Shown in pieces: positions 19,699 to 29,508 of a stretch of DNA of 64,000 nucleotides (position 1 is the first letter of the stretch; every line of letters begins with the position of its first letter). Position numbers and translations under genes: made by a program. The stretch comes from an uncultured Gemmatimonadales bacterium (GTDB lineage Bacteria; Gemmatimonadota; Gemmatimonadetes; Gemmatimonadales; GWC2-71-9). The notes beneath the pieces were generated by a model. The model was not told where the DNA came from and ran no database searches. It saw nothing but the letters and a program-made list of their open reading frames with translations. The stretch spans positions 6,913 through 70,912 of the forward strand of contig CAWHXS010000003.1 of the NCBI GenBank assembly GCA_963833365.1, in the 5' to 3' direction.

Positions 19699-21558
19699 TC
19701 AGCGAGGGATCAGGCGAGCGAGCCAGCCGTCGGTGGTTCCGCCGCCGAAATTCGCTTGCTCGGAGTCATGACTCGGGAAGTCGCTGCTCGACTCGATGCC
19801 ACCCATCACGAACCCGCCGCCCGGCATCGGGGCTATCGCCCGCCCCTCGTCGCCATTAGTCCCGCCAAGCCGGATTCCGAACAGCACCTGACCAAGGTCA
19901 GGCGAAAGGATCAGCCCAGCTGCATCGTCGCTGCCGAGCGGTCCCGAGGGACCCACGGTGCCATAGACGGATTGGCCGATTCCCGAGATGTACACGTTAC
20001 CGTCGCTCCCGACCAGAATCCCTTCGAACCGATCGGTCTCGGGCCCGCCCATATAGGACAGGTAGAGCAACGAACCCGCATTACTGTAGCGAGCGACCAA
20101 GCCGTCTCTTCCGCCACCCCCAGCTCCCGACTGCATCGCATTGGCAGTCACGGGCAGGTCATTGGACGAGGTGGCTGAACCGACGTAGATGTCCCCGGTA
20201 GAGCGATTCACCGCGAGGTTGTGAGTTTCCGAACCCTCGGCGCCCGAGCCTCCGAGATAGGTTGCGAAGAGAAGATTCTTGCCATCAGGCGAAAGCTTGG
20301 CGAGATAGTCGTCGACTCCGCCGCCAATCGTTGCCTGGGTCGGATTCACCAGCGGCATGTTCGGGCTGTCCACCCCTGCGATGTACCAGACATTGCCTTG
20401 CCCATCGACCCGCACGCTCGGTTGAGTGCCGTCGTCTCCGCTCCCGCCGAGCCAGGTAGCCCAGGCGAAACTCGAGCCCGAAGCATTGAGCTTCGCGACG
20501 ACACAGTCCAACCCGGCCTTCCGCTGGGGCTGGTAGCTGCCGTTGAAGTAGGTGTCACTCGCCGGGAAGTCGAGCTCCGCGGAGGACGCGATGTACACGT
20601 TCCCCTGCGGGTCGATATCGATGTCGCGCACGATGTTGAAGTCGTTGGTCCCGAAATAGGTGCAGAAGACCAGGGCCGACCCGTCCGGCTGCAGCTTGCA
20701 GACGAAACCATCTTGCTCGCCATAATTGACCACCCCACCACCCCGGAAGACCGTCTGAGCCGCACCAGCCGTGACGGGGAACCCGACGCCCGCCCGGCCT
20801 CCGATGTACACGAACCCCTGCGCATCCACCTCGACGGCATAGGCCCGGTCGTAGCCCGGGCCGCCCAGCAGGGTCGACCAGAGTAGCTGCCCGGTCGAGT
20901 CAAATTTGCTGACGAACACATCGTAGTGCTTGACCGTCCCGTTCGGACTGTCGTCATGGGTGCGGTCGAAGGCCCCTAGGGTGGTCGGGAAATCGTTGCT
21001 GGCCGTGCCGCCCACCGCGTAGATGTTGCCCTCGGCGTCGGTCGCGAGGTCCCGCACCTGGTCCTCTTCGCTGCCACCCCAGTACGTCGCGAATCGTACC
21101 ACGGCGGTGTCCGGCGCGGGCCCTCCACCGGTCCCGGTCGCCGTGAAGGTGACGGGGTTACCGGTGATTCCCGAGCCAGCGACCGAAGCAGTCAACGTGT
21201 TGTCGCCGGTATTGGGACCGAGGACCCACTCTCCCACCGTCGCCTTGCCACTCGCGTCAGTAACTTGAGAGGCACCCGTAACAGTGCCTCCACCGCCGGC
21301 TACCGCGAAGGTAACGGTCACGCCAGCCAATAGGGCCTGATTGGTATCCTCGACGGTGACCGAGGGACGACTCGGCACCTCGGTTCCTACCGGAGCACTC
21401 TGCGTGGTGGGGGAACTGGCAGCGATACTCCCGACCGGGGGAGGGAGTGAAGCTGACGAAGGGTTTGAATCACTGCAGCCGGCCAGGAGTCCGCAGGCCA
21501 GAAAGAGGACGAAGAAGAGCCTGCACGCCCGGCTGGGCGAGGAAGGAACCATAGTCAT
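19699..21558 (-). CDS. surface lipoprotein with one Ig-like repeat plus an SBBP (seven-bladed) beta-propeller; intact paralog of 15844..19578
   Basis: Intact 619-aa ORF. The signal/lipobox is FVLFLACGLLAGCS. One Big-type unit is followed by propeller blades with GNIYAVGGTASNDFPTT, GFVYIGGRAG, GNVYIASS, GNVWYIAGV and GDIYVGSATSSNDLPVT. Confidence 0.8.
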   Translation of the reverse strand: MTMVPSSPSRACRLFFVLFLACGLLAGCSDSNPSSASLPPPVGSIAASSPTTQSAPVGTEVPSRPSVTVEDTNQALLAGVTVTFAVAGGGGTVTGASQVTDASGKATVGEWVLGPNTGDNTLTASVAGSGITGNPVTFTATGTGGGPAPDTAVVRFATYWGGSEEDQVRDLATDAEGNIYAVGGTASNDFPTTLGAFDRTHDDSPNGTVKHYDVFVSKFDSTGQLLWSTLLGGPGYDRAYAVEVDAQGFVYIGGRAGVGFPVTAGAAQTVFRGGGVVNYGEQDGFVCKLQPDGSALVFCTYFGTNDFNIVRDIDIDPQGNVYIASSAELDFPASDTYFNGSYQPQRKAGLDCVVAKLNASGSSFAWATWLGGSGDDGTQPSVRVDGQGNVWYIAGVDSPNMPLVNPTQATIGGGVDDYLAKLSPDGKNLLFATYLGGSGAEGSETHNLAVNRSTGDIYVGSATSSNDLPVTANAMQSGAGGGGRDGLVARYSNAGSLLYLSYMGGPETDRFEGILVGSDGNVYISGIGQSVYGTVGPSGPLGSDDAAGLILSPDLGQVLFGIRLGGTNGDEGRAIAPMPGGGFVMGGIESSSDFPSHDSEQANFGGGTTDGWLARLIPR

Positions 21559-21690
21559 CTATACCCGCAGCGGTTGAGGCCGCCTGCACCCATCGCTAGT
21601 GGAGGCAAGATAAGCTCCACCAGTGTTTGCTGTCGAGGGAAACCGACCACCTGTTTTGAACGTACAGGCAGCACCCCCTTACTGTGACAA

Positions 21691-22447
21691 ATGACCATCA
21701 CAACTCCGGGAGGTCTCGTGCTCCTGATTGCCTTCACCGCTTCCACCCTGCTGATGCTTCCACCGACAAACGGCGAACAGCTCATTCAGGCCATGCAGCA
21801 ACGGTACTCCGGCAAATGGTACAAGACGCTGACCTTCGTGCAGACCACGAGCTTTCCGCAAACGGGGAAGGTCGAAACCTGGTACGAGGCGGCGAAGATA
21901 CCCAGGCGCCTTGCGCATCGATGTCGCACCGATCGACAGTGGCCGCACCATTCTGTTCCGCAACGATTCGATCTACCAGTTCAAGGGTGGCAAGCTGGCC
22001 GGTTCAAAAAGCTTCGTGCATCCCCTGATGGTGCTCGGTTTCGACGTCTACGGGCAGCCGGCCGACGCGACGATCGGCAAACTCAAGGACCTCGGGTTCG
22101 ATTTGAGCAAGCTTCGGACGGATACCTGGCAGGGACGTCCTGTGTATGTCGTCGGCGCGGCTCAGGGAGACAGCACGACCGCTCAGTTCTGGATTGATCA
22201 GGAACGGCTTCTCTTCGTGCGAATGATCGAGCCGGCGCCGGATGGTTCGGGTGCCACGTTCGAAACCCAGTTCAACAAGTACCAGTCGCTCGGCAAAGGA
22301 TGGATTTCAGTCGAAGTGATCTTCAATGTGAACGGCAAGACGATGCAACGCGAGGATTACGCGGACGTGAAGGGTGACGTCCCCCTGCCGGACCAGTTGT
22401 GGGACCCGTCCGGGTGGCAGCGGCCCGCGTGGGTCAAGGAGCACTAG
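21691..22447 (+). CDS. LolA-like outer-membrane lipoprotein-sorting family protein; one frame break near 21905
   Basis: ORF 21691..22197 is credible only to ...GKVETWYEAAKIP. ORF 21911..22447 continues with RIDVAPIDSGRTILFRNDSIYQFKGGKL...FWIDQERLLFVRM. The N-terminal signal peptide is MTITTPGGLVLLIAFTASTLLM. Confidence 0.5.
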
Positions 22448-23566
22448 GCTGTCTCGTGGCCATCGTCGCCTTGGTGCCCGACAGGCCGTTCATGGTGCGG
22501 ACGACTCGAAACAGATCCCCGATGTCGTAGAAGTCTACTGAGATGATATTGGGCAACCGGCCGCGTTCCTTCTGGCATTGCTGGGCCCGAGCGAGGAGCG
22601 CGTCGTAGGCATTCACCTGTTCCGCCATGCTGGGCCGTGGCGCGGGCGTGGTCTCGATCCAGTGGTTGATCAGGAACAGCGAGCCCTCGGTTCCGCTCCG
22701 GTTGGGGCGGCAGGAGAAATCTTCGGGCTTGTGGAACGTGTACGGCGTTTCCTGAATCGTCCCCAGCGTGGGGTGCAGCCAGGAAACCCCGGGACGACCG
22801 GACTCTATGAAGACGATCACGCGCTGATTCGCCTGGATCAGCTCCCTCAACGTCGGCCAGGGAGGGCGAACACTCCCGGTATCCACAACCTCCATCAACC
22901 CAGAGTCCTCGAATAGTTTCTTGAGATCGTCCGGCAGCGACGTAGTCTTCGACGATCAGGATGACCACCTCGTCGGGGTGGCTCACCATGAAGTCCCGGA
23001 TCTGTTTGAGCGTCGGTACCACGGAGTAGGCACCGAGCTCGCAGAAGCCGTGGCAGAAGTAGATCCCGTGCTCGCTTCCTTCACCCACCACGATCCGGTC
23101 CCGGATCCGCAGGGCGGCGGCGGTTCCTTCGGGGCCGATGGCTTTTTCGATCTTCTCCTGGCTGACTCCTTCCCGTTCGAAGTCGGTCTTCACCCGGTCA
23201 GTGCCCTGGATGCCGTAGTGGATGTCCAGCGCCAGCGCCCTGAATCCCATCATCCAGCATCCCGGCGATATCGTGTTGGTGGTGAGGGAACAGCCACCCC
23301 ACAACTCCGGTGTTGGACATCGCGTTGTGGGCGCCGGGGAAAACGACCTCATTCACGCGGCGATCGCAGAGCACCGGGGAGCCGTTGCAGGTCGTGATCT
23401 CGCTCCGCAGGGGCGCCGCCGTCGGCTGCCACCAGACCAGGATCCCCGCGATGATGGCACCGGCCAGGATGGAGATGAATCCCAGGCGATAGCTGGCGCC
23501 CTGAGCAGTCTCCGCTTGCGCGGCCTGAGGCATTCGTTCGAGCGTGAGACGGAAGACCTCTCGCAA
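22434..23566 (-). CDS. membrane-anchored PI-PLC X-domain-like phosphodiesterase; two frame breaks (about 22960 and about 23245)
   Basis: Three joined pieces: ...VVFPGAHNAMSN...HQHDIAGMLDDG, then FRALALDIHYG...VVILIVEDYV, then LPDDLKKLFEDSGLMEVVDTGS...ISVDFYDIGDL. The true N-terminus may lie further upstream (TM-like VVGTIVLIWPASVLTTTAVLVGLLLIY at 23570-23653). Confidence 0.5.
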
Positions 23567-23715
23567 GGCGGCATAGATAAGCAGCAGGCCGACCAGGACC
23601 GCGGTCGTGGTAAGTACGCTGGCGGGCCAGATCAGGACGATAGTCCCGACGACGCGCGAGGGTCAGCGCCCAGAGCGCCCTGCCACCCCTCGAGGCCGGC
23701 GCATGGACTGCCCGG

Positions 23716-24566
23716 TCAAGTAGCTGCCTTCAGCCGATTGAAAGGATCCACACTCTCGTACAGCGAGGTTCCAGCTGCCGCGAGCACCACGCCGGTTCCG
23801 GCCAGTGTTGCGGCCCAGGCTGAACAGGCCAAGGAAGTACGCACGCCAGAGTCCGAACAGAGCGGCCCGCGCTCCCGGGTCTTTCGGTACCGCCCAAAGA
23901 GCAACAACCCGACCCAGCGGCACCAGCAAACCCACGAGCAGGCCGACCACAATTAGTCCGATCCCAGCCCGGACCAATCCCCGCCGCCGATCGGGCAGTA
24001 GCAGGATTCCCGCGATCAGGACCAGCGGACCGACGACGAGGAGCACGCGGGTAACCCACCGGATGCGGCCCCAGAGGGCATGCAACCTCTGGAGGACGGC
24101 TCCGGCCCGGCTCTTTTCCAGGCGAGCCACGGCGGTACCAAGCTGGTCAGGGATCTTGGCCGCGAGCTGTGGACTGGCGGCGCCGAGCGCGTTCCGGAGC
24201 AGGATGCCCACATCCGGCAGGGAGAGGAGGACTTGTTCGCTCCCCTTGGAGAACACCGATGCGTGTGCCGTCTCGATGGCCCGGCGCGCCACGGCCCGGA
24301 ACGGCTCGCTCTGCGACCAGGCTCCCGGTGGCGCTCACGATCATAGGCCGGACGGCGACCAGGTTCGGCCGTTCTGCGATCACCTCATCGGTGATTTTCT
24401 CAGCCAGGTAGCGCGAAACGTCGGGGTTCCCGAGACTGGTCGTCATCCGCTCAGCGAAGGCGTCGGAGCGGAAGATCCCGTGAGACGCGTCGACGAGGAG
24501 GGCCTCTACCCAGATCAGGAAGAGGCCCAGATAGACCAGGAGTCGGCCGAGCAAACGTCGGTTCAT
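23716..24566 (-). CDS. hypothetical polytopic membrane protein; two frame breaks (about 24300 and about 23815)
   Basis: The start MNRRLLGRLLVYLGLFLIWVEALL (ATG 24566) is followed by ORF 23663..24292 (TM-rich, VLLVVGPLVLIAGILLL, IGLIVVGLLVGLLVPLG). The tail AWAATLAGTGVVLAAAGTSLYESVDPFNRLKAAT* lies in a third frame. Confidence 0.4.
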
Positions 24567-24715
24567 CGAGGTTGATTGAGGGCGGAGGAGGTGATATTGC
24601 CTCCCCCATGGCCCACCCGCAAGACGACAGCTTGGCATCGAGCTGTCGCGGGTCCGGATTTCAGCTTTGGACCGGAGAGAAGCGGGTAGGTGGGAAGCCG
24701 ATCGAGGATGCTAAG

Positions 24716-24789
24716 TCGGGGCGCCGGGATTCGAACCCGGGACCTCCTGCTCCCAAAGCAGGCGCGCTACCGGACTGCGCCACACCCCG
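24716..24789 (-). tRNA. tRNA-Pro (anticodon TGG)
   Basis: The reverse complement CGGGGTGTGGCGCAGTCCGGTAGCGCGCCTGCTTTGGGAGCAGGAGGTCCCGGGTTCGAATCCCGGCGCCCCGA forms a perfect cloverleaf. Anticodon loop TTTGGGA, T-loop TTCGAAT. Confidence 0.92.
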
Positions 24790-24815
24790 TTGGTGCGGGG
24801 GAGAACAGTAAGGTA

Positions 24816-24850
24816 GGGAGAGGGGAGACGGAAGACGGGAGACGAGGGGC
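24816..24850. repeat. tandem heptamer array GGGAGAG-GGGAGAC-GGAAGAC-GGGAGAC-GAGGGGC (one arm only)
   Basis: Read directly from the sequence. It lies between the rdgB 3' end and the 5' side of tRNA-Pro. A single complementary GTCTCCC occurs at about 24930-24936. Confidence 0.7.
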
Positions 24851-24921
24851 TGGCGCGAAATGCCGGTTGCGGGGAGTAGGTGGTCGGTTGCGGCGCGCGA
24901 TTCGCGACCCACACTGACAGT

Positions 24922-25533
24922 CTACTCGAGTCTCCCGATCAGCGCCTGCGAGCGCACGGCCACGATGACTCACCGAGTCCTTCTCCTCCGGCGTGGCCTC
25001 GCCGAAGGTCTTGCCCAGCTCCACGCTGAGAAAGAGCGGGTCGTACCCAAAACCACCGCTTCCCCGTGGCGCCTCGAGGATGGAGCCCTCGCACACGCCC
25101 TGGAAAATCTCGGGGACGGCCACCGGGCCGGCGGATCAGGACGAGCACGCACCGGTAGCGCGCCCGACGTCGCTCCGGCTCTGCCCCAGCGAGCCTTCTC
25201 AGCAGCTCGGCGTTGTTGGCGGCATCGACTTCGGTGGGACTGCCAGTGGCCCCGGCCCATCGCTTGGACCGAGCGCCAGGAGCACCGCCCAGCACCAGGA
25301 CCTCGAGACCCGAGTCATCCGCGATGGTAGGAAGTCCCGGTCTTTCGGGAGAAGTACTCCGCCTTGCTCCGGGCGTTGGTCTCGAAGCTGTCGCTCAACT
25401 CGAGCAGGTCTTCTTCCTGACTCTCGGGCACCCCGGCTCGGTCCGGGAAGATCACCTCGTGCCCCGCGGCCTCGAGGACCCGCCGTATCTCCCGTTGCTT
25501 GCCAGCGCTGCGGGTAGCGGCGAGCAGTCTCAC
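24922..25533 (-). pseudogene. rdgB: dITP/XTP pyrophosphatase (RdgB/HAM1 family); 2-3 frame breaks
   Basis: The N-terminal piece is LLAATRSAGKQREIRRVLEAAGHEV (GTG 25533, GTGA overlap with the rph stop). The middle piece VLGGAPGARSKRWAG...NNAELLRRL...RYRCVLVL is in a second frame. The C-terminal piece [25 protein letters not shown]...[12 protein letters not shown] is in a third. The listed ORF then runs into tRNA-Pro. A +1 frame gives ...[10 protein letters not shown] ending at 24922, which I take as the likely real end. Confidence 0.7.
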
Positions 25534-26240
25534 GATCCCAGGGCGGCCTGCTGGGCTTTGAAGAGCTGGCGAATCCCCGATTCGGCCATGCCGACCAGCC
25601 GCTCCAGCTCGGCGCGAGAGAAGGTCCCATGCTCTCCGGTCCCCTGCACTTCTACGAACCGGTCAGGATGGACCATCACGACGTTGGAATCCACCATGGC
25701 ATCCCGGTCCTCGAGATAGGCGAGATCGAGCAATAGCTCGCCATCGATGACGCCGACCGAGACTGCGGCGACTAGTTGTCCAAACGGACTGGGCTGACCG
25801 GTTCGTTCCGCGATCCAGGCGCACGCATCGTAGAGCGCCACGCACCCGCCGGTGATGCTGGCGGTCCGAGTTCCCCCGTCGGCCTGGAGCACATCGCAAT
25901 CCACCCGGATGGTGTACTCCCCAAACTTCAGGGTCCGCATGGCCGCACGTAGCGAGCGGCCGACCAGCCGCTGGATCTCCTGGGTCCGCCCACCCGGCCC
26001 CCGCCGCTCACGCTCGGTGCGCTCGGTTGTCGCCCGGGGCAGCATGGCATACTCCGCCGTGACCCACCCTTCACCGCTCCCCTTCTTCCAGCCGGGGGCG
26101 CCGGTCTCGACGGTGGCCGTGCAGTGGACGAGGGTTCCTCCCATCCGGATGAGGCAGGAGCCTTCGGCATAGGGATTGACCCGGCGCTCCAGCACGACGG
26201 GTCGCAGCTGGTCGGCCGAACGGCCGTCAGGACGAGGCAC
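25530..26240 (-). CDS. rph: ribonuclease PH
   Basis: Intact 236-aa ORF containing [42 protein letters not shown] and [19 protein letters not shown]. Confidence 0.93.
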   Translation of the reverse strand: MPRPDGRSADQLRPVVLERRVNPYAEGSCLIRMGGTLVHCTATVETGAPGWKKGSGEGWVTAEYAMLPRATTERTERERRGPGGRTQEIQRLVGRSLRAAMRTLKFGEYTIRVDCDVLQADGGTRTASITGGCVALYDACAWIAERTGQPSPFGQLVAAVSVGVIDGELLLDLAYLEDRDAMVDSNVVMVHPDRFVEVQGTGEHGTFSRAELERLVGMAESGIRQLFKAQQAALGS

Positions 26241-26729
26241 GAACCCTCTCGGCGATTGAGGTGGAGGAAAGCACGCTGGTAGTCTGGGGATCGATCGCGA
26301 GCTCCACGTGCTTCACCCTGCCGCCACGGGCTTCGACCACATCGGCGCCGACGGTGGTCTCCGGGTGGTAGTCGGAGCCCTTCACCAGCACGTCCGGCTC
26401 GAGGGCCGTGATCAGTTGCAGCGGGGTGTCCTCGTCGAAGATCGACCACGCAATCCACCGCGGCGAAGGCGGCGATCAGCCGGGCTCGGTCATTCTGGTT
26501 GACGACGGGATGTCCGTTCGCCCTTGAGCCGTCGTGCCGAGGCGTCGCTGTTGATTCCGACGATGAGGAGATCGCCTTCGGCTCTCGCGGCCTCGAGCAG
26601 GACGACATGACCGCGGTGCAGCAGGTCGAACACGCCGTTGGTGAAGACGACGGTGCCCTGCAGGCCCTCGCGCCACCGAGCGGCCTCGGCGCGGAGCCGG
26701 ATCTTGGGAAAGGTCGGTTCGAACCGCAT
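26227..26729 (-). CDS. cytidylyl/adenylyltransferase family protein (RfaE domain II-like, D-beta-D-heptose-1-phosphate adenylyltransferase-like); two frame breaks (about 26515 and about 26440)
   Basis: Pieces are [46 protein letters not shown], then [22 protein letters not shown], then the hand-translated [48 protein letters not shown]...*. The stop at 26227-26229 overlaps the rph start. Confidence 0.65.
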
Positions 26730-26751
26730 AGCAAGATCGACTCAACGCGCG

Positions 26752-27951
26752 CGGCGAAAGAGCGGTTTCAGCCACAACGGGGCAATAAACGTGGTGGCCA
26801 TTACCACGATCAGAATGGCGCTGAAGCTGGCAGCATCCAGCAGGCCGGTCCGGCGGCCCATATCGGCGAAGATAAGGCCCACTTCGCCGCGGGGAACCAT
26901 CCCTACGCCAACGGCGAGACGCTGAAACTGGCTGCCACGGAGCAGCCCAGCCCGCTACAGCCTTGCCGGCGATGGCGATCAGGGTCAGCGCGAGGGCCAG
27001 GCCAGGATGGGGACCGGCTCCTGGAACTCGCGGGTCAAGCAGACGGATATTGGCACCGGCGCCAACAGTCACGAAGAAGATGGGAGCCAAGCAGGCCGGC
27101 GACCGGACGGCCCTCATCGACCAGGGTATGAACCTGGTCGCTGCCTCGCATCACCAGGCCGGCGGCAAAGGCGCCGATGATGAGGGCGGAACCAGCCAGG
27201 TCCGCAGCCGCGGCAAGTGCCAGGGTGATTGCGATCGCGAGCGTCACCACGGCCCCGCGAACCTTCAGCCGGTCGATCAGATCGAACAACCTCGGCATAA
27301 TCATGCCGCCCAGAATCACCACCAGCACTAGAAAACCTGACCCCTTGGGCCAGAATGCGGAGCAGTCCCAGGGTCGAGACCGAGCCACCACCGGTCAGCC
27401 TGCGAAACTGCACCGAGGATGACCAGACCCAACACGTCATCGATCACTGCGGCGCCAAGAATGATTCGGGCCTCTACGGTCTGCATGGAGCCCAAGTCGT
27501 CCAGGACGCGGGCGGTGATTCCCACCGAGGTCGCGGTCAGTACCGCGCCTACGAGGATAGCGATCGCACGGCTGTCGGCCGGGCTGGTGCTCGCAGTATG
27601 GGGAGCGTAGAGCCAGTAGAGATACCCCAGCGCGAAGGGCACCACGACGCCGGTGACCGCAACGGCGGTGGCCGAGCCCCCGACCTGGAACATCTGCTTG
27701 AGGTCGGTCTCGAGTCCTACTTCGAACAGGAGGAGGATGACGCCGAGTTCGGCGAGGAAGCTGATAACTTCCGCTCCGGGCTGCCCCGAGGCGGGGATGA
27801 CGCCGAGGAGTCCGGGCCCCAGGATAAGTCCCGCGACCAATTCTCCCAGAACCGCAGGGATTCCGAACCGTTCAGCGACTTCCCCAAACAGCTTGGCCGT
27901 AACAAGGATCGCCGCTACAACGAGCAGCAGTGCGGCTACCGGGTGGTTCAC
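26752..27951 (-). pseudogene. cation:proton antiporter (CPA2/Kef-NapA type); at least 4 frame breaks
   Basis: Pieces are FGIPAVLGELVAGLILGPGLLGVI...EVGLETDL...IDDVLGLVILGAV, then FRRLTGGGSVSTLGLLRILAQGV, then FLVLVVILGGMIMPRLF...ALIIGAFAAGLVM, then LAPIFFVTVGAGANIRLL. The last piece, QFQRLAVGVGMVPRGEVGLIFADMG...PLWLKPLFRRAR*, was hand translated. Confidence 0.7.
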
Positions 27952-28319
27952 AAGGCTTCTTCGGCCTTTGGCGTGTAGATGAAGGTGTGCTCGAACAGCG
28001 GCAGGGTCACGGTCTCGCTGTAGGTGGTCGTAATGATGATCTTGCGTGGCTTGCCGGAGCGGGTGATTTGAAACTTGTTGGCGTCCGCCGGCAAGCCCAG
28101 CTCGTCAACTTTCTCGTTGAGCCGCCGCCGAATGACGGCATCGGAGAGAGTGGGCGCCAACCGCGCTGCCGATCGCATCTCGTCGAGCAGCTGGTAGTAG
28201 CGGAACCACGGCTTGCCGATGTTGATGCCGTAGTAGATGGCTGCCACGAACAGGACCAGCGAGAACAGGCAGCCTGCGGTGCTCGTTCCACGCCGTGAAC
28301 CTTGCCGCGTGCTCACCAT
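27948..28319 (-). CDS. hypothetical membrane-anchored protein (N-terminal TM helix)
   Basis: Intact 123-aa ORF with TM segment CLFSLVLFVAAIYYGINI. It is coupled on both sides, by a GTGA overlap downstream and an 8-nt overlap upstream. Confidence 0.5.
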   Translation of the reverse strand: MVSTRQGSRRGTSTAGCLFSLVLFVAAIYYGINIGKPWFRYYQLLDEMRSAARLAPTLSDAVIRRRLNEKVDELGLPADANKFQITRSGKPRKIIITTTYSETVTLPLFEHTFIYTPKAEEAL

Positions 28320-28853
28320 TGGGATTGTGCTCCATCCACGATGTTGGTCACCAGCTTGTCGAGGGCCTTCTCCCGTCCATCCTTCTCGGTCTCACTGCCC
28401 GGCGCGTAATCTCCTTCAAGGGTGAGTCCAGTACGCCTGCCACAGCGTCTTCCCCCGGTGTTGATCCAGGATCTGCACCGAGACGGTGATCTGCACCAGT
28501 CGCTTGGTAACGTCGATGCTGTCGGGCTGGCCCTGTGCCACCGTTGTACCGGTATATGCGACAGGGAGATCGGGTTCGTAGCGCGTGATGCTGCCGCGCA
28601 CGATCGCGTCCGCGCTCGCCTCGCCAGCTTGCCGCAACCCCAGCCTGCCCTGCACCGCTTCCCGAACCTTGTCCGAGATCTCCTGGGTCAGCGTGGGCTC
28701 AGGGGTCAGGTTGTCGAACGGCAGCACTGCTACCGTCTTGATGTCCGAAGGAAGGCCGCCTCCCGCAAAACCGTACAGACAGCCGGTCAGCGCCAGAGCG
28801 CTAAGGCTTGGGAGGAAGCCACGTCCCAGACGGAAAGGCCGCAGTTGGCACAC
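28313..28853 (-). CDS. LptE-like outer-membrane lipoprotein; one frame break near 28435
   Basis: The lipobox is LSALALTGC. It contains TVAVLPFDNLTPEPTLTQEISDKVREAV. After ...GKTLWQ the frame shifts to GLTLEGDYAPGSETEKDGREKALDKLVTNIVDGAQSQW*, whose stop overlaps the next ATG. Confidence 0.4.
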
Positions 28854-29508
28854 TCGCGTAGAAGGTCAACGTCAATTTCGCCGGGCCGCTCGGCACCGTG
28901 AGCTTGGCCTTGGTGGGCCTCCCATCTTCGGAGAGTGTCGTCTCCGATTGGCCGACCGTTTTTCCGGCGTGACGCACCCGAGCGTACAGCGTCCGGCTCT
29001 TTCCCTGCGTTCTCAAATATTGCACGGTGTCGGGACCGATGGCGTATTCCCATGCCACGCGATCCGGCTCGGTCGCGCCCCGAAAGGTGGCCCCGGGTGA
29101 GGGCAGGCGCGCGACGCCGAGCATGGCCCAGAGTAGTGGGTAATTGGGAACCAGGTCTTCGAGTGATTTCTCGGGCTGGACCCAGATCGCCGAATCTCCC
29201 ACCACAACGGCCTGAATCTTTCCAGCTCCAAGAGGCCCCGCGGCGTCGAATCGCAGCGAATCGGGTGCCGCGATGCGTGCGCTCCCCCTACCGCCAGTGC
29301 TCCGGCGCTCTTCCTCGAAGAGCCACTTGAAGCGGTAAAGCGAACTGCCTGCGGGCACTGTTGCCGCGACCCACTCCTGGATCTCCGCCTCACTGGCGGG
29401 CGCCGCAGTGGGCGGGACGAGCACGGGACCCTTCGGGGTGCACGCTGTTACCCCGAGGCCAAGATAGGAAACGACAACGGCACGGTCAAGCCGAAACCAT
29501 TGCCGCAT
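28801..29508 (-). CDS. LolB/DUF4292-like lipoprotein
   Basis: Intact ORF. The ATG at 29508 overlaps the upstream stop as TGATG. The lipobox is LGLGVTAC. The mid region SLYRFKWLFEE...RFDAAGPLGAGKIQAVVVGDSAIWV resembles LolB-fold lipoproteins. Confidence 0.4.
   Translation of the reverse strand: MRQWFRLDRAVVVSYLGLGVTACTPKGPVLVPPTAAPASEAEIQEWVAATVPAGSSLYRFKWLFEEERRSTGGRGSARIAAPDSLRFDAAGPLGAGKIQAVVVGDSAIWVQPEKSLEDLVPNYPLLWAMLGVARLPSPGATFRGATEPDRVAWEYAIGPDTVQYLRTQGKSRTLYARVRHAGKTVGQSETTLSEDGRPTKAKLTVPSGPAKLTLTFYASVPTAAFPSGTWLPPKP

Noticed and set aside
15282-21558. tRNA-Arg-flanked block of surface-protein genes as a possible integrated genomic island
   Set aside because: I noticed no integrase, transposase, phage or conjugation genes, no direct repeat of the tRNA 3' end, and no obvious compositional shift.
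23663-23665. In-frame TGA joining ORF 23663..24292 to ORF 23198..23566, considered as a possible Sec codon given the nearby tRNA-Sec-like gene
   Set aside because: The last roughly 50 codons before the TGA (GRNTGRNRRGARGSW...RPRGVAGRSGR) are out-of-frame garbage created by an upstream frame break. The credible C-terminus of that gene is in another frame (stop at 23716). No SECIS-like hairpin follows.
24767-24921. Extension of the rdgB ORF (24767..25123) through the heptamer array and 23 nt into tRNA-Pro
   Set aside because: The RdgB family ends about 10-15 residues after the SHRGRA motif. A +1 frame gives a natural ...[10 protein letters not shown] end at 24922, directly in front of a hairpin. 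Overlap with a tRNA gene is implausible.
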